Of a stretch of DNA of 64,000 bases, positions 53,705 through 63,676 are shown piece after piece. Origin of the DNA: Patescibacteria group bacterium (GTDB taxonomy: Bacteria; Patescibacteriota; Patescibacteriia; Patescibacteriales; JAQTRU01). Numbering within the stretch: the stretch's first letter is position 1; the number at the start of each line of letters is the position of its first letter. The notes under the pieces are model-generated. The model saw nothing but the letters and a program-made list of their open reading frames with translations. It did not search any database and was not told where the DNA came from. The stretch lies in assembly GCA_041645555.1 (NCBI GenBank), contig JBAZPX010000002.1:8958-72957 (forward strand), in the 5' to 3' direction. Position numbers and translations under genes: made by a program.

Positions 53705-55189
53705 ATGCCTGATACCAACAAGGTAAGCGAATATGAAGAAAGAATAAAGAAACTGGAAAATCTTAAAAAAGAAGGAATTAACCCGTATCCGGCAAAAACC
53801 AAAAGAACGCATCTAATTAAGGCGGCTCTTTTAGATTTCGCCAAATTGGAAAAGGGAAAAGAAAAAATCTCCCTGGCCGGCCGCTTGCGCAGCCTGCGCT
53901 CCCATGGCAATCTGACCTTTGCCAATCTGGAGGACGAAAGCGGAAAAATCCAGATTGCCGTTTCCAAAAAAGAAATCGGGGATAAAAATTATAAAATTTT
54001 TGAAAAATTTATAGATATGGGCGATTTTATTGAGGTGGAGGGGGAGTGCTTTTTAACGCATAAAGGCGAGAAAAGCGTTTTGGCTAAAAACTGGAAGCTT
54101 CTGGCTAAAGCTCTAAGGCCTCTGCCGGATAAGTGGTCGGGCCTTAAAGACGAAGAAGAACGATTTAGAAAAAGGTATTTGGATATTATATTTAATCCGG
54201 AGGTAAAAGAAATGATAGGGAAAAGAGCTAAGTTTTGGCAAGCAACCCGCGAATTTTTAATTAAAAAAGGATTTTTAGAAATAGAAACTCCGGTTTTAGA
54301 AATTACTACCGGCGGCGCTGATGCCCGGCCGTTCATAACTCACCACAACGCCTTGAATTTAGACGCTTATTTGCGCATCTCGGCCGGGGAACTTTGGCAG
54401 AAAAAATTAATGGTCGCCGGCCTGGAAAAAGTTTTTGAAATCGGCCGGATTTTTAGGAATGAAGGCATGGATTCGGAGCATCTGCAGGATTACTCCCAGA
54501 TGGAATTTTACTGGGCTTATGCCGACTACGAGGAGGGAATGAAACTGGTGGAGGAAATGTATAAATATATCGCCCAGGAAGTCTTCGGCACGCTTAAATT
54601 TAAAATCAGGGGCTTTGAGGTTGACTTAAGTAAAACCTGGGAAAGATATGATTATCAAAAAACAATAAAAAAATATACCGGCGTTGATATTTTAAAAGCT
54701 AAAGAAAAAGAAATAAAAGATAAGCTTAATGAATTAAAGGTGGAGTACGACAAGAAGGGCTTTAATATCACGCGGGCCATTGATAATCTTTGGAAATATT
54801 GCCGCCGGCAGATTAGCGGCCCGGGCTTCTTAGTCGGAGCGCCAATTACGGTTTCGCCTTTGGCCAAGCGGGATGACAAAGATCCGGAAACCGCCCAGCG
54901 TTTTCAGGTAATTCTGGCCGGCTCGGAACTCGGCAACGGCTACAGCGAATTAAACGACCCGACTGACCAGGAAAAAAGATTTAGAGAGCAGCAAAAACTA
55001 AGGGAAGCAGGAGATGAAGAAGCCCAAATGTTTGATAAAGATTTTGTTGAAGCTTTGGAATACGGCATGCCCCCGACCTGCGGTTTTGGCTTTTCCGAAC
55101 GGCTGTTTGCTTTTTTAATGGATAAACCGGCCCGGGAAACCCAGATTTTCCCTTTGATGCGCCCGAAATGGCGAGAAGATAGTAAATAG
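53705..55189 (+). CDS. lysS: lysine--tRNA ligase (class II)
   Basis: OB domain plus class II motifs (FRNEG, GFGFSERL). Confidence 0.95.
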   Translation: MPDTNKVSEYEERIKKLENLKKEGINPYPAKTKRTHLIKAALLDFAKLEKGKEKISLAGRLRSLRSHGNLTFANLEDESGKIQIAVSKKEIGDKNYKIFEKFIDMGDFIEVEGECFLTHKGEKSVLAKNWKLLAKALRPLPDKWSGLKDEEERFRKRYLDIIFNPEVKEMIGKRAKFWQATREFLIKKGFLEIETPVLEITTGGADARPFITHHNALNLDAYLRISAGELWQKKLMVAGLEKVFEIGRIFRNEGMDSEHLQDYSQMEFYWAYADYEEGMKLVEEMYKYIAQEVFGTLKFKIRGFEVDLSKTWERYDYQKTIKKYTGVDILKAKEKEIKDKLNELKVEYDKKGFNITRAIDNLWKYCRRQISGPGFLVGAPITVSPLAKRDDKDPETAQRFQVILAGSELGNGYSELNDPTDQEKRFREQQKLREAGDEEAQMFDKDFVEALEYGMPPTCGFGFSERLFAFLMDKPARETQIFPLMRPKWREDSK

Positions 55190-55197
55190 TTAATTGC

Positions 55198-55620
55198 ATG
55201 ACTTTAATAAAAAATTTTTTTCAAGAGATTTTATGTCTAGAAGCTCTCGTCGGCATTCTTTTGATACTATCAATGATATGTCAATTCCGGTTGCAAAGTC
55301 TCAATCAAGAAATTGTAGAATTACAAAATGAAATCACTAATAATAAAATTAACCAAACGATGAACCAAAGTTCAGATATACAAACGAAATTATTTATATC
55401 TGATCAAAGTTGGGAAACTAAAACAAAAGAAAAAATGAAGGGTGAGTTTCAAAAGGCCATTGGTGAAGAAAATGACAAATTTGAAAGTACTAATGCGGAT
55501 AAATCTAGTATTATAGGAGACTATCAGGGGAAACAAAGCAAATGGATTTTTTTCTTCTGGTCTTCGATCGGATTTTCACTAATATTGTATATTTTAATTT
55601 TGGAAAGAAGAATAAAATAG
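55198..55620 (+). CDS. hypothetical protein with N- and C-terminal TM helices
   Basis: ORF only; Asn/Gln/Lys-rich middle. Confidence 0.45.
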   Translation: MTLIKNFFQEILCLEALVGILLILSMICQFRLQSLNQEIVELQNEITNNKINQTMNQSSDIQTKLFISDQSWETKTKEKMKGEFQKAIGEENDKFESTNADKSSIIGDYQGKQSKWIFFFWSSIGFSLILYILILERRIK

Positions 55621-55627
55621 AAATTAT

Positions 55628-56236
55628 ATGGATTTAGGAATAGATAAACAACAAGCTGAAGAATTATTAAACAAATATATTAAAGATGACATCGTCAAGA
55701 TGCATTGCTGGGAAAGCGAAGCCATAATGCGGGCATTGGCCAGGCATTTTAACGAGGATGACCCCGCCGTCGCTGAAGCTATGGCGGGCGAGTGGGGAAT
55801 TATCGGGCTACTCCACGACATTGATTGGGACTTAACCAAAGATAACCCCAAAGAGCATACGGTCAAAGCCGTAGATATATTAAAACAGGCTGGAGCCAGC
55901 GATTTTTTAATAGAAACCATAGTTTCCCACGGTTATGGCAGCGAGCTTTGCGGAATAAATCAGAATAAAGTAAGGACCACGAAAATCCAGCATGCTTTGG
56001 CGGCCGCTGAAACTTTAACCGGCCTAATTATTGCCACGGCCTTAGTCCAGCCGGATAAAAAATTAGCTAGCGTCAAGTTAGAATCTTTAAAAAAGAAATT
56101 TAAAACCAAAGCTTTCGCCGCCAAATGCGATCGGGAAATTATTATGGAATGTAAAAAAATAGGTTTATCTTTGGATGAATTTTTAGAGATTGGCTTAAAG
56201 GCCTTGCAGGGAATAGCTGATAAATTAGGATTATAA
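55628..56236 (+). CDS. HD-domain phosphohydrolase
   Basis: H...GLLHDIDW motif. Confidence 0.7.
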   Translation: MDLGIDKQQAEELLNKYIKDDIVKMHCWESEAIMRALARHFNEDDPAVAEAMAGEWGIIGLLHDIDWDLTKDNPKEHTVKAVDILKQAGASDFLIETIVSHGYGSELCGINQNKVRTTKIQHALAAAETLTGLIIATALVQPDKKLASVKLESLKKKFKTKAFAAKCDREIIMECKKIGLSLDEFLEIGLKALQGIADKLGL

Positions 56237-56239
56237 AAT

Positions 56240-56659
56240 ATGAAAATAGTTATTTGCGGAAGCATGGCTTTCTCCGGAAAAATGGTCGAAATTGCCAATA
56301 AGCTAAAACAGGCCGGCCATAAAGCCGTCCTTCCCCGCAACACGGAAAATTATGCGGCTAGAAGTTTAAAAGAGGAGATTGGTTCAGAATCAACCGAAAA
56401 TAAAATAAAGCACAATTTAATCAGGGAATATTACAATGAAATAAAAAATTCCGACGCGGTTTTAATAGTTAATGAAGATAAAAATAACATTCCTAATTAT
56501 ATCGGCGGAAATTCTTTTTTAGAGATGGGATTTGCCCATGTTTTAAATAAAAAAATATTCATTCTTAACAGCCTGCCGGAAATGATTTATACTGATGAAA
56601 TTAAAGCTATGCAGCCGGTTATTTTGGAAGGTGATTTAGACAAAATAAAAAAAGCTTAG
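56240..56659 (+). CDS. nucleoside 2-deoxyribosyltransferase-like (NDT/DNPH1 fold) protein
   Basis: MKIVICGSMAF start and YIGGNSFLEMGFAH block with a conserved Glu. Confidence 0.5.
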   Translation: MKIVICGSMAFSGKMVEIANKLKQAGHKAVLPRNTENYAARSLKEEIGSESTENKIKHNLIREYYNEIKNSDAVLIVNEDKNNIPNYIGGNSFLEMGFAHVLNKKIFILNSLPEMIYTDEIKAMQPVILEGDLDKIKKA

Positions 56660-56698
56660 CCAACGAGCAGCTAAGCTTTCAGAAAAAAAGCACGGATA

Positions 56699-57109
56699 TC
56701 ACCTAATTTTGATAACTTTCACGCCCTCCGGGAAGGGAGCCTTGACGGTTCCGTCCTCTCTCAGGGCGAGAAAAACGTTTTCCGGAGAAGGCGGATTGCC
56801 GGGATCTCTCAGAACCTTTGTATAAATCACGACGCCGCTGGGCTTGCCCAAATCGTCTACCAGAATGAACCTGTCTCTGGTCGACAATTCCTCGAAAGTC
56901 CGAGAAACTTTTATCACTTCGGCATCGTCAGGGACCGAAGAAAACGCCCCGAAAAAAACAGATACGGCTGTCAGTGGCCCTAATGATGCGCCAGAAAAAT
57001 TCCTTGGTTCAACCGGAAACTCAAGCTTTTCCATAAGAATCGGTTCACTGTCCTTGACCGCTACCGAGTAAATAAACCAGTCTCCAGGCCGCAACTCTCC
57101 AAAAATCAT
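56699..57109 (-). CDS. hypothetical protein, compositionally atypical (GC-richer)
   Basis: 136-aa ORF antisense to the flanking operon direction, with a two-fold internal similarity. Confidence 0.5.
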   Translation of the reverse strand: MIFGELRPGDWFIYSVAVKDSEPILMEKLEFPVEPRNFSGASLGPLTAVSVFFGAFSSVPDDAEVIKVSRTFEELSTRDRFILVDDLGKPSGVVIYTKVLRDPGNPPSPENVFLALREDGTVKAPFPEGVKVIKIR

Positions 57110-57190
57110 GGTGTTTCTCCTTTCTTAAAACGAGCGTTAGTTTTTGGGGGATTATAATATAATATTCTATCACCTAACTTTTGTCAATAA

Positions 57191-57817
57191 ATGCCTGAAG
57201 ATAAAAACTTAAAACAAATTTTAAATTTTCTGCATGAAGCGGGAGAATTGAAAAAAGCTTACCGGTTTAGCGAGAATTTATGCAAAGAAAAATTCGGCGA
57301 TTCCAGCGCCGACCATTCCTGGCGGCTGGCTTTAATGAGCTTTATAATCGCCGGGGAAATCAAAGCTCCCGTGAATATTTTAAAGGTTTTAAAGATTGCC
57401 CTTGTCCATGATTTGCCGGAAGCCATAACCGGAGACATTGACTTTAGATTAATCGCCGCGGGAAAAATAACCAAAAAAGAAAAAAATAAACTTGAAGCCA
57501 AGGCGATGAAAAAATTTAAGAAACTTTTGCCGCCAAAAATCGGCCGGGAAATTTATAATCTTTGGCTTGAATATGAAACAGGAGAGACGAAAGAAGCGAA
57601 ATTTGTTAAAACGCTTGATAAAATGGAGTCTATATTGTTTTTTAATGAAGTTAAAAATAAAAATAAGATCGATGTGCCGGATTTAATCGGTACATATGGG
57701 AATAAACAGGTAGACCAATTCCCTAAATTAAAAAATATTTTTGAACTAGTGAAAAGAGAACTAAAGAACGAATTTAAAAAAACTGACTTTCCCTGGAAAA
57801 AAGAATACAATATTTAA
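57191..57817 (+). CDS. HD-domain 5'-deoxynucleotidase (YfbR-like)
   Basis: SADHSWRLALM ... VHDLPEAITGD motifs. Confidence 0.75.
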   Translation: MPEDKNLKQILNFLHEAGELKKAYRFSENLCKEKFGDSSADHSWRLALMSFIIAGEIKAPVNILKVLKIALVHDLPEAITGDIDFRLIAAGKITKKEKNKLEAKAMKKFKKLLPPKIGREIYNLWLEYETGETKEAKFVKTLDKMESILFFNEVKNKNKIDVPDLIGTYGNKQVDQFPKLKNIFELVKRELKNEFKKTDFPWKKEYNI

Positions 57818-57880
57818 AAATTAATAATTCTTTCAGCCAAAGGCTGATCCGCCTCTGGCGGAAAATCTAAAATCAAAAAT

Positions 57881-59146
57881 ATGCTGGACATAAAATTCAT
57901 CCGCGCCAATGCGGCTAAAATCAAGGAGGCGGCCAAAAATAAAAATATTAAGGTTGATCTTGATAAACTCCTTAAAGTTGACGAGGAGAGACGGGAAGGG
58001 CAGGCTAAAATTGACGAGTTAAGAAGTAAACGAAACGAGTTAGCGGCCGCAGCCAAAGGAGGCAAGCCCGCGCCAGCCCAAATTGAAGAGGGGAAGAAGC
58101 TGAAAGAAGAAATTGCCGACTTAGAAAAAAAATCTGAAAAAATTGAAGGGGAATACAGGGACTTAATGGAAAGAGTCCCGAATCTTTATTATCCTGACAC
58201 GCCGATTGGAAAAGATGATTCGGAAAACAAAGAAATTGAAAGAATAGGGGATCCGACTAAATTTAGCTTTACCCCCAAAGACCACGTTACTCTGGGCAAG
58301 GAATTGGATGTTTTAGATTTTGAAACTGCGGCGAAGGTTTCAGGCGCCGGATTTTTCTACTTAAAAAATGAGCTGGCTTTGCTCGAATTCGCTTTAATCC
58401 AGTTCGCTTTGGAAAAATTGGTAAGTAAAGGTTTTACTCCTTTTTCCACGCCCGATTTAGCTAAAAGTTTTATCATGAACGGCACGGGCTATAACCCCAG
58501 AGGCAATGAAGACCAGATTTATGAGGTAAAAGGCGAGGATACTTCCTTAATTGCCACGGCCGAAATTACCTTAGGCGGCTATTTAGCCAATAAGACGCTA
58601 AAAGAAGAGGATTTAGACATAAAATACGTCGGTTTTTCCCATTGTTTCAGGAAAGAAGCCGGAGCTTATGGCAAAGAATCCCGCGGCCTTTACCGCGTTC
58701 ACCAGTTCAGCAAAGTGGAAATGTTCGTTTTTTCTAAACCGGAGACTTCGGAAAAAATGCACCAGGAGATGAAAGAAATTGAAAAAGAAATCTATACCGA
58801 GCTGGGCATTCCTTTCCGGGTAATGGAAATCTGCACCGGAGATTTAGGCGGACCGGCTTACCGGAAGTACGATTTAGAAGCCTGGATGCCGATGAAAAAT
58901 GACTGGGGAGAAGTCACTAGCTGCTCCAATTGCACCGACTTTCAGGCTCGGCGCCTGAATATAAAATATAAAACCAAAGAAGGCAAAACCGAATATGTCC
59001 ATACCTTAAATGGCACAGCTATCACCTCCAGCCGCGCTCCTTTGGTAATCCTGGAAAATTTTCAGCAAGCCGACGGTTCGGTCGCAATTCCTAAAGCCCT
59101 GCACAAATATTTACCGGGCGGCCTTAAAGTCATAAAAAGGAAATAA
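57881..59146 (+). CDS. serS: serine--tRNA ligase
   Basis: N-terminal coiled coil and class II motifs (FRKEAG, GTAITSSR). Confidence 0.95.
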   Translation: MLDIKFIRANAAKIKEAAKNKNIKVDLDKLLKVDEERREGQAKIDELRSKRNELAAAAKGGKPAPAQIEEGKKLKEEIADLEKKSEKIEGEYRDLMERVPNLYYPDTPIGKDDSENKEIERIGDPTKFSFTPKDHVTLGKELDVLDFETAAKVSGAGFFYLKNELALLEFALIQFALEKLVSKGFTPFSTPDLAKSFIMNGTGYNPRGNEDQIYEVKGEDTSLIATAEITLGGYLANKTLKEEDLDIKYVGFSHCFRKEAGAYGKESRGLYRVHQFSKVEMFVFSKPETSEKMHQEMKEIEKEIYTELGIPFRVMEICTGDLGGPAYRKYDLEAWMPMKNDWGEVTSCSNCTDFQARRLNIKYKTKEGKTEYVHTLNGTAITSSRAPLVILENFQQADGSVAIPKALHKYLPGGLKVIKRK

Positions 59147-59148
59147 GT

Positions 59149-60054
59149 ATGATTTTGACATCTATCGGCGTGGCCGTTTTCTATTTTAGTTATTTAGTCA
59201 TTTTTTTCTTGATATATTTAATCTGGCAGTTTGATAAGTTAAACGGGCCAGTCGCGATTTTTTTAATTTTAGCTTGCCTTCTTTTCCTCTACGCCCGCTT
59301 CTTAGAGCCGAATATAATAAAAATAAGGCGTTATAAAATAAAGCTAAATAAAAAAATTACCGCCCCTTTCCGGATAGCGGTTTGGGCTGACCCGCATATT
59401 GGTTTATTCACAAAAAGTCAGTTTTTAAAAAAAGTCATAAAAAAAGTTAACCAGCTTAAACCTGATTTTATCCTTATTCCCGGAGATTTTGTCTATAATT
59501 TAGCCGAGAAAAAAATAGAAGATAAATTCGGTTGTTTAAAAAATTTATCTGTTCCGACCTTTGCGGTTTTTGGCGGTCATGACTGCGGAGTTGAGAGAGA
59601 AAAGGATGTTTCCGGACAGTTAGGAAAAATTTTGGCGGATTACGGCTTAAAAATTATTGACAATGGAATCGAAGAAATAAAAATAAAGGGGCAACAGATT
59701 AAAATAATAGGGTTAAGCGATATAGAAACAAGACAACCTGATTACAATTTAATAAAAAATCTTACTGACGACGACGTTAATATAGTTCTCGCGCATAACC
59801 CGGATACGGCTTATGAATTCCCGTCTTATAATATGGATTTAGTTGTCTGTGGGCATACGCATGGCGGCCAAGTCAGAATTTATCCTTTTTATAAATACGC
59901 TTATAAATACATTGCGAGGATGGCCCATGATTTTGATAAAGATTTACGGAATTTTAGAGGAACAAAAGTATTTATTACAACCGGCATTGGTCTAGACGGC
60001 TTGCCATTTAGATTTTTAATGCCGCCGGTGATTGATATTTTAGAAATTGAATAA
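59149..60054 (+). CDS. membrane-anchored metallophosphoesterase
   Basis: DPHIG, GDFV, GGHD, HNP, GHTHGGQ motifs. Confidence 0.85.
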   Translation: MILTSIGVAVFYFSYLVIFFLIYLIWQFDKLNGPVAIFLILACLLFLYARFLEPNIIKIRRYKIKLNKKITAPFRIAVWADPHIGLFTKSQFLKKVIKKVNQLKPDFILIPGDFVYNLAEKKIEDKFGCLKNLSVPTFAVFGGHDCGVEREKDVSGQLGKILADYGLKIIDNGIEEIKIKGQQIKIIGLSDIETRQPDYNLIKNLTDDDVNIVLAHNPDTAYEFPSYNMDLVVCGHTHGGQVRIYPFYKYAYKYIARMAHDFDKDLRNFRGTKVFITTGIGLDGLPFRFLMPPVIDILEIE

Positions 60055-60088
60055 CTACGAATTACAAATCTATTACAAATTTACAAAT
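60055..60088. repeat. family C repeat arm (left of ORF 60125)
   Basis: CTACGAATTACAAATCTATTACAAATTTACAAAT, inverted relative to 60572-60605. Confidence 0.65.
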
Positions 60089-60124
60089 ACCAAATTTTAC
60101 ATCTAACTAAGGATTAAAACCATT

Positions 60125-60544
60125 ATGGATATAAAAGACATTTTACTAATTATTTTCCCGTTTATCTCGGGTGTAATAAGCGCCTGGATTACTTATTTAT
60201 TCACACTTAGGGCGAAGAAGAATGAAAATATCTTGAAGTTTAAAGAAGAAAAATATGCAAATCTTTTAATTCTCTTGCAAGGCTTTGTCGGGAATACCAC
60301 TTCCGGAGAACTTAAAAAGAAATTTTTTGAAGAACAATACAAGTCATGGTTATATGCGTCAGATGATGTTGTTGAGTCCGTGAATGATCTGGTAAAATTA
60401 CTTATTGAGGAAAGAGGCAAAACTCCAGATTCTAAAAGAGGGAGAGATGTCGTTGGAAATATTGTTCTGCAAATGAGAAAAGATTTACTGGGAAAGACAA
60501 AGCTGGAAAATAATGATTTTTGGTATACGGATGTTATTGAATAA
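60125..60544 (+). CDS. hypothetical protein with N-terminal TM helix, bracketed by family C inverted repeats
   Basis: 139-aa ORF; no family recognised. Confidence 0.55.
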   Translation: MDIKDILLIIFPFISGVISAWITYLFTLRAKKNENILKFKEEKYANLLILLQGFVGNTTSGELKKKFFEEQYKSWLYASDDVVESVNDLVKLLIEERGKTPDSKRGRDVVGNIVLQMRKDLLGKTKLENNDFWYTDVIE

Positions 60545-60571
60545 AATATTTTAATTTCTAAGTTAAATATT

Positions 60572-60605
60572 ATTCGTATATTTGTATTGATTCGTAATTC
60601 GTAGG
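60572..60605. repeat. family C repeat arm (right of ORF 60125)
   Basis: The reverse complement reads CCTACGAATTACGAATCAATACAAATATACGAAT. Confidence 0.65.
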
Positions 60606-60614
60606 AGTAAAAAT

Positions 60615-61550
60615 ATGCCAAAAATAAAAATTGCTTTGCTTTCCGGCGGTTGGGGAGAGGAGAGGGAAATCTCCTTAAAGACTGGGGAGCAGATTTACAA
60701 AGCGCTTGATAAAAAGAAATACCAGGTTTCGAGATTCGACCCCAAAAACGATTTAGGAAAATTTTTTAGCGACGCTTTAAAGAAAAAATTTAACCTGATA
60801 TTCCCGGCTTTGCACGGCCCTTTTGGCGAAGACGGAAAACTGCAGGGGCTTTTGGATATTCTCGGAACGCCCTATTTATTCTCCGGCTGTTTGGCAAGCG
60901 CCTTGGCTATGAATAAATATAAGACCAAAGTGATTGTTAAACAGGAGGGGGTAGTAATGGCTCGCGATATCCTGATTAGAAAAGGAGAAAAATTTACTTT
61001 GAATAAAATTATTGGGAAATTGTCCTTGCCTATAGTTGTTAAGCCGTCTGAATTAGGCTCATCCGTTGGCATGTCCATTGCTAAAACCAAAAAAGAACTG
61101 GAGCAGGGGATTAAAACCGCTTTCCGGCATGATAAAGAGGCGCTTTTGGAAAAATTTATAAAAGGCAGGGAGCTAACTGTGCCGGTTATGGGCAATAATC
61201 CGCCCAAGGCCCTGCCGGTAATTGAAATCATACCGAAAATCTCCGGCTGGTTTGACTATAAAGCGAAATATGAAGTGGGCGGCAGCGAGGAGGTCTGCCC
61301 GGCTAAAATCCCCGCCAGAATCAAAATAGAAGCCCAAAGAGAGGCCGTAGCCGCTTATAAAGCTATTGGCTGTAAAGATCTGGCTCGAGCGGATTTTATT
61401 TGGGAAAAGGGGAGTAATAAGCTTTATTTCTTAGAAATAAATACTATCCCGGGTATGACCGCCACTTCTTTAGTGCCTAAATCCGCTAAAGCCGCCAGAA
61501 TGACCTTTAGCCAATTCTTAGATAAGTTAATTAGCGGAGCTTTAAAATAA
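60615..61550 (+). CDS. ddl: D-alanine--D-alanine ligase
   Basis: HGPFGEDG, ATP-grasp blocks, FLEINTIPGMT. Confidence 0.9.
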   Translation: MPKIKIALLSGGWGEEREISLKTGEQIYKALDKKKYQVSRFDPKNDLGKFFSDALKKKFNLIFPALHGPFGEDGKLQGLLDILGTPYLFSGCLASALAMNKYKTKVIVKQEGVVMARDILIRKGEKFTLNKIIGKLSLPIVVKPSELGSSVGMSIAKTKKELEQGIKTAFRHDKEALLEKFIKGRELTVPVMGNNPPKALPVIEIIPKISGWFDYKAKYEVGGSEEVCPAKIPARIKIEAQREAVAAYKAIGCKDLARADFIWEKGSNKLYFLEINTIPGMTATSLVPKSAKAARMTFSQFLDKLISGALK

Positions 61551-61552
61551 AT

Positions 61553-62449
61553 ATGTATAAAAGGAGGAAAAAAATTGATTATTACGACAAAAATCTGGCT
61601 AATCCGTTCTTCCATCGCCGGCGGAAGAAAAGGATAAGTTTTTCCACGAGCTGGTCGGGAAAAAGAAAATTGATGGCTCTTCTGATTTTAGTCTTGGCCG
61701 GCGGTTTGGTTTGGCTTATTTTTTCTCAAACTATTTTTTCAATCAACAACATAACCGTCAGGGGGGCAATAAGAATTCCGACGGGGGAAATCGAAAACCT
61801 GGCCTGGCAGCAAACAAGGGAAAAAAGATTTTTATTCTTTCCCCAAAAAAATATTTTTACTTTCAGCAAGGAGGGGGTAAAGGGAAAGTTAGAACAAAGT
61901 TATTCTTTTGAAAAACTTACTATCAATAAAAATCTTCCCCACACCTTAGTAATTGATATCCAGGAAAAATCGTACGCTTTCATCTGGTGCGAAGGAGAAA
62001 AATATTATTATGCTGATATCGATGGCTATATGATAAACGAAGTTAGCCCTTTAGAGATAAAGCAAAAAAAATATCCGATAATCCAAAACCAAGGCGACGG
62101 AAAAATAATTAATGATTCCGCCGGCGGATTGGGCAGAATTGACATCAACGAAAATCATATAAACTATATTATAAATCTCTCCGATAGGTTTCTGGCTGGA
62201 AAAAATGGAGCCGGGGAGGCAGGAGGAAGTTTCCAGGACTTAATTATTGAAAAATTTATAATAGATAAAGACGCTAATACCGTAAAGATGGCTTTAGCCG
62301 AAGGTCCGACCGTGTATTTCAACACTAATGAAGACCAGGAAAAACAAATAAAAAAATTACTAACCATAAAAGAGGAAACGCTAAAGGATGATTTCAAAAA
62401 CAAAAGCTATATAGATTTAAGATATGGGGACCGGGTTTATTACCGATAA
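61553..62449 (+). CDS. ftsQ: FtsQ/DivIB-like cell division protein (POTRA)
   Basis: Single TM followed by a POTRA-like FSINNITVRGAIRIPTGEI. Positioned after ddl. Confidence 0.65.
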   Translation: MYKRRKKIDYYDKNLANPFFHRRRKKRISFSTSWSGKRKLMALLILVLAGGLVWLIFSQTIFSINNITVRGAIRIPTGEIENLAWQQTREKRFLFFPQKNIFTFSKEGVKGKLEQSYSFEKLTINKNLPHTLVIDIQEKSYAFIWCEGEKYYYADIDGYMINEVSPLEIKQKKYPIIQNQGDGKIINDSAGGLGRIDINENHINYIINLSDRFLAGKNGAGEAGGSFQDLIIEKFIIDKDANTVKMALAEGPTVYFNTNEDQEKQIKKLLTIKEETLKDDFKNKSYIDLRYGDRVYYR

Positions 62450-62455
62450 ATAAAT

Positions 62456-62485
62456 ACCCCCTTGATAAAGGGGGTTAGGGGGATT
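62456..62485 (-). repeat. palindromic element family D copy after ftsQ
   Basis: The reverse complement reads AATCCCCCTAACCCCCTTTATCAAGGGGGT. Confidence 0.6.
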
Positions 62486-62732
62486 AAGACCTAAATTTTA
62501 TTTTGATTTTTATATAATCTTGTTTAATCTTAGCTATTTTTGCTAATATTAGCCAAAAACAATAATGCCATAAAAATGAACGGCCGTTCGTCTCAATGGC
62601 AAAAATTATCCAAGCGCGAAAAATTTCAATTAGAAATAAAAATTCCTTACAACAACAAAAATATCATCTATAATAAAATCTAAATCATAGATTATAAATC
62701 ACTTAAATTACTAAATTAGAAATTTAAAATTT

Positions 62733-62927
62733 TTGGCCAAAGACGTATCAGAGTACCATAAAGATTTTAAATTTTACAAACCTATGGACGAAAAAATATT
62801 TAGATTCTTATTTATCCTGGCGGCCTTAGTCTACGGCCTGGTCTTTATCGGGATTTTTCTGATATTTCTAAAAATCTTGTTATTATTCGCGCCGGAGATA
62901 AATATAATAGGATTAACGATTACTTAG
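62733..62927 (+). CDS. possible small membrane protein (TTG start)
   Basis: ORF-track entry with one long hydrophobic segment. Weak start signals. Confidence 0.3.
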   Translation: MAKDVSEYHKDFKFYKPMDEKIFRFLFILAALVYGLVFIGIFLIFLKILLLFAPEINIIGLTIT

Positions 62928-63176
62928 AGGATGAGAAGGGCGGCAGAGTTTAGATATTAACCTTAAGGAGCACGGCTTGCCACGGCTAAACGAAAGATAT
63001 ATTATATATTATAGACTATAGGTTAATTAATCTACATTATGCGAAGTATTGATGTAAAAAAAATAAAACTCTGTGATTATATCCCCTCTTGTCAAAGTGC
63101 CAGTTTAACCTATCTGCTACCATTATATCATATTAGGGACAAAAGTCAAGGCCGGTTGCGGGACCGGCCTTTTATT

Positions 63177-63479
63177 TTAAATTTCATTTTTTATCGCTTC
63201 CTTAATGGAGCCCGGGACAATGTTTGCCAGCCAGCGGGAAAATCTTAAAGGCTGCTTCTCTTTTATAATTTCCACTCGCACCTTGTAGTCAATAAAATTT
63301 CTTTTAAAAAAGTCGGTTAAATCGTGATCGCTAATGGCCATCTTCCGGCCGTAGTCGTCATAACCGATAAACAGTCCCCTCCTCCCACGGTCATCAAAAA
63401 CTAACGTTCCTAAAGACATCGGCCGTCCCCCATTCGGATTGACCAATGATTTTTTGTTAACGACGATTGCGTTTTCCAT
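63177..63479 (-). CDS. hypothetical 100-aa protein
   Basis: ORF followed by a strong AAGGCCGGT/ACCGGCCTT hairpin (63148-63172). Confidence 0.5.
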   Translation of the reverse strand: MENAIVVNKKSLVNPNGGRPMSLGTLVFDDRGRRGLFIGYDDYGRKMAISDHDLTDFFKRNFIDYKVRVEIIKEKQPLRFSRWLANIVPGSIKEAIKNEI

Positions 63480-63641
63480 AGCATTTGACAGACAAATTTA
63501 AGCCCTCCATTAAATTTATGCTATAATTATTACAGCCTGTTTGGGGGTGTCAGCCCTCATCCAGGTTAGAAAAAGCGGTTTGACAGCCGCTTTTTCGTTA
63601 AACCGCTTTATCTTAGCATGGGCAATTTAAAAGTCAAGTAG

Positions 63642-63670
63642 TTGACAAACATTTTAAACTATCATACACT
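63642..63670 (+). promoter_or_regulatory. sigma70-like promoter
   Basis: TTGACA, 17-nt spacer, TACACT. Confidence 0.45.
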
Positions 63671-63676
63671 GTTGAT

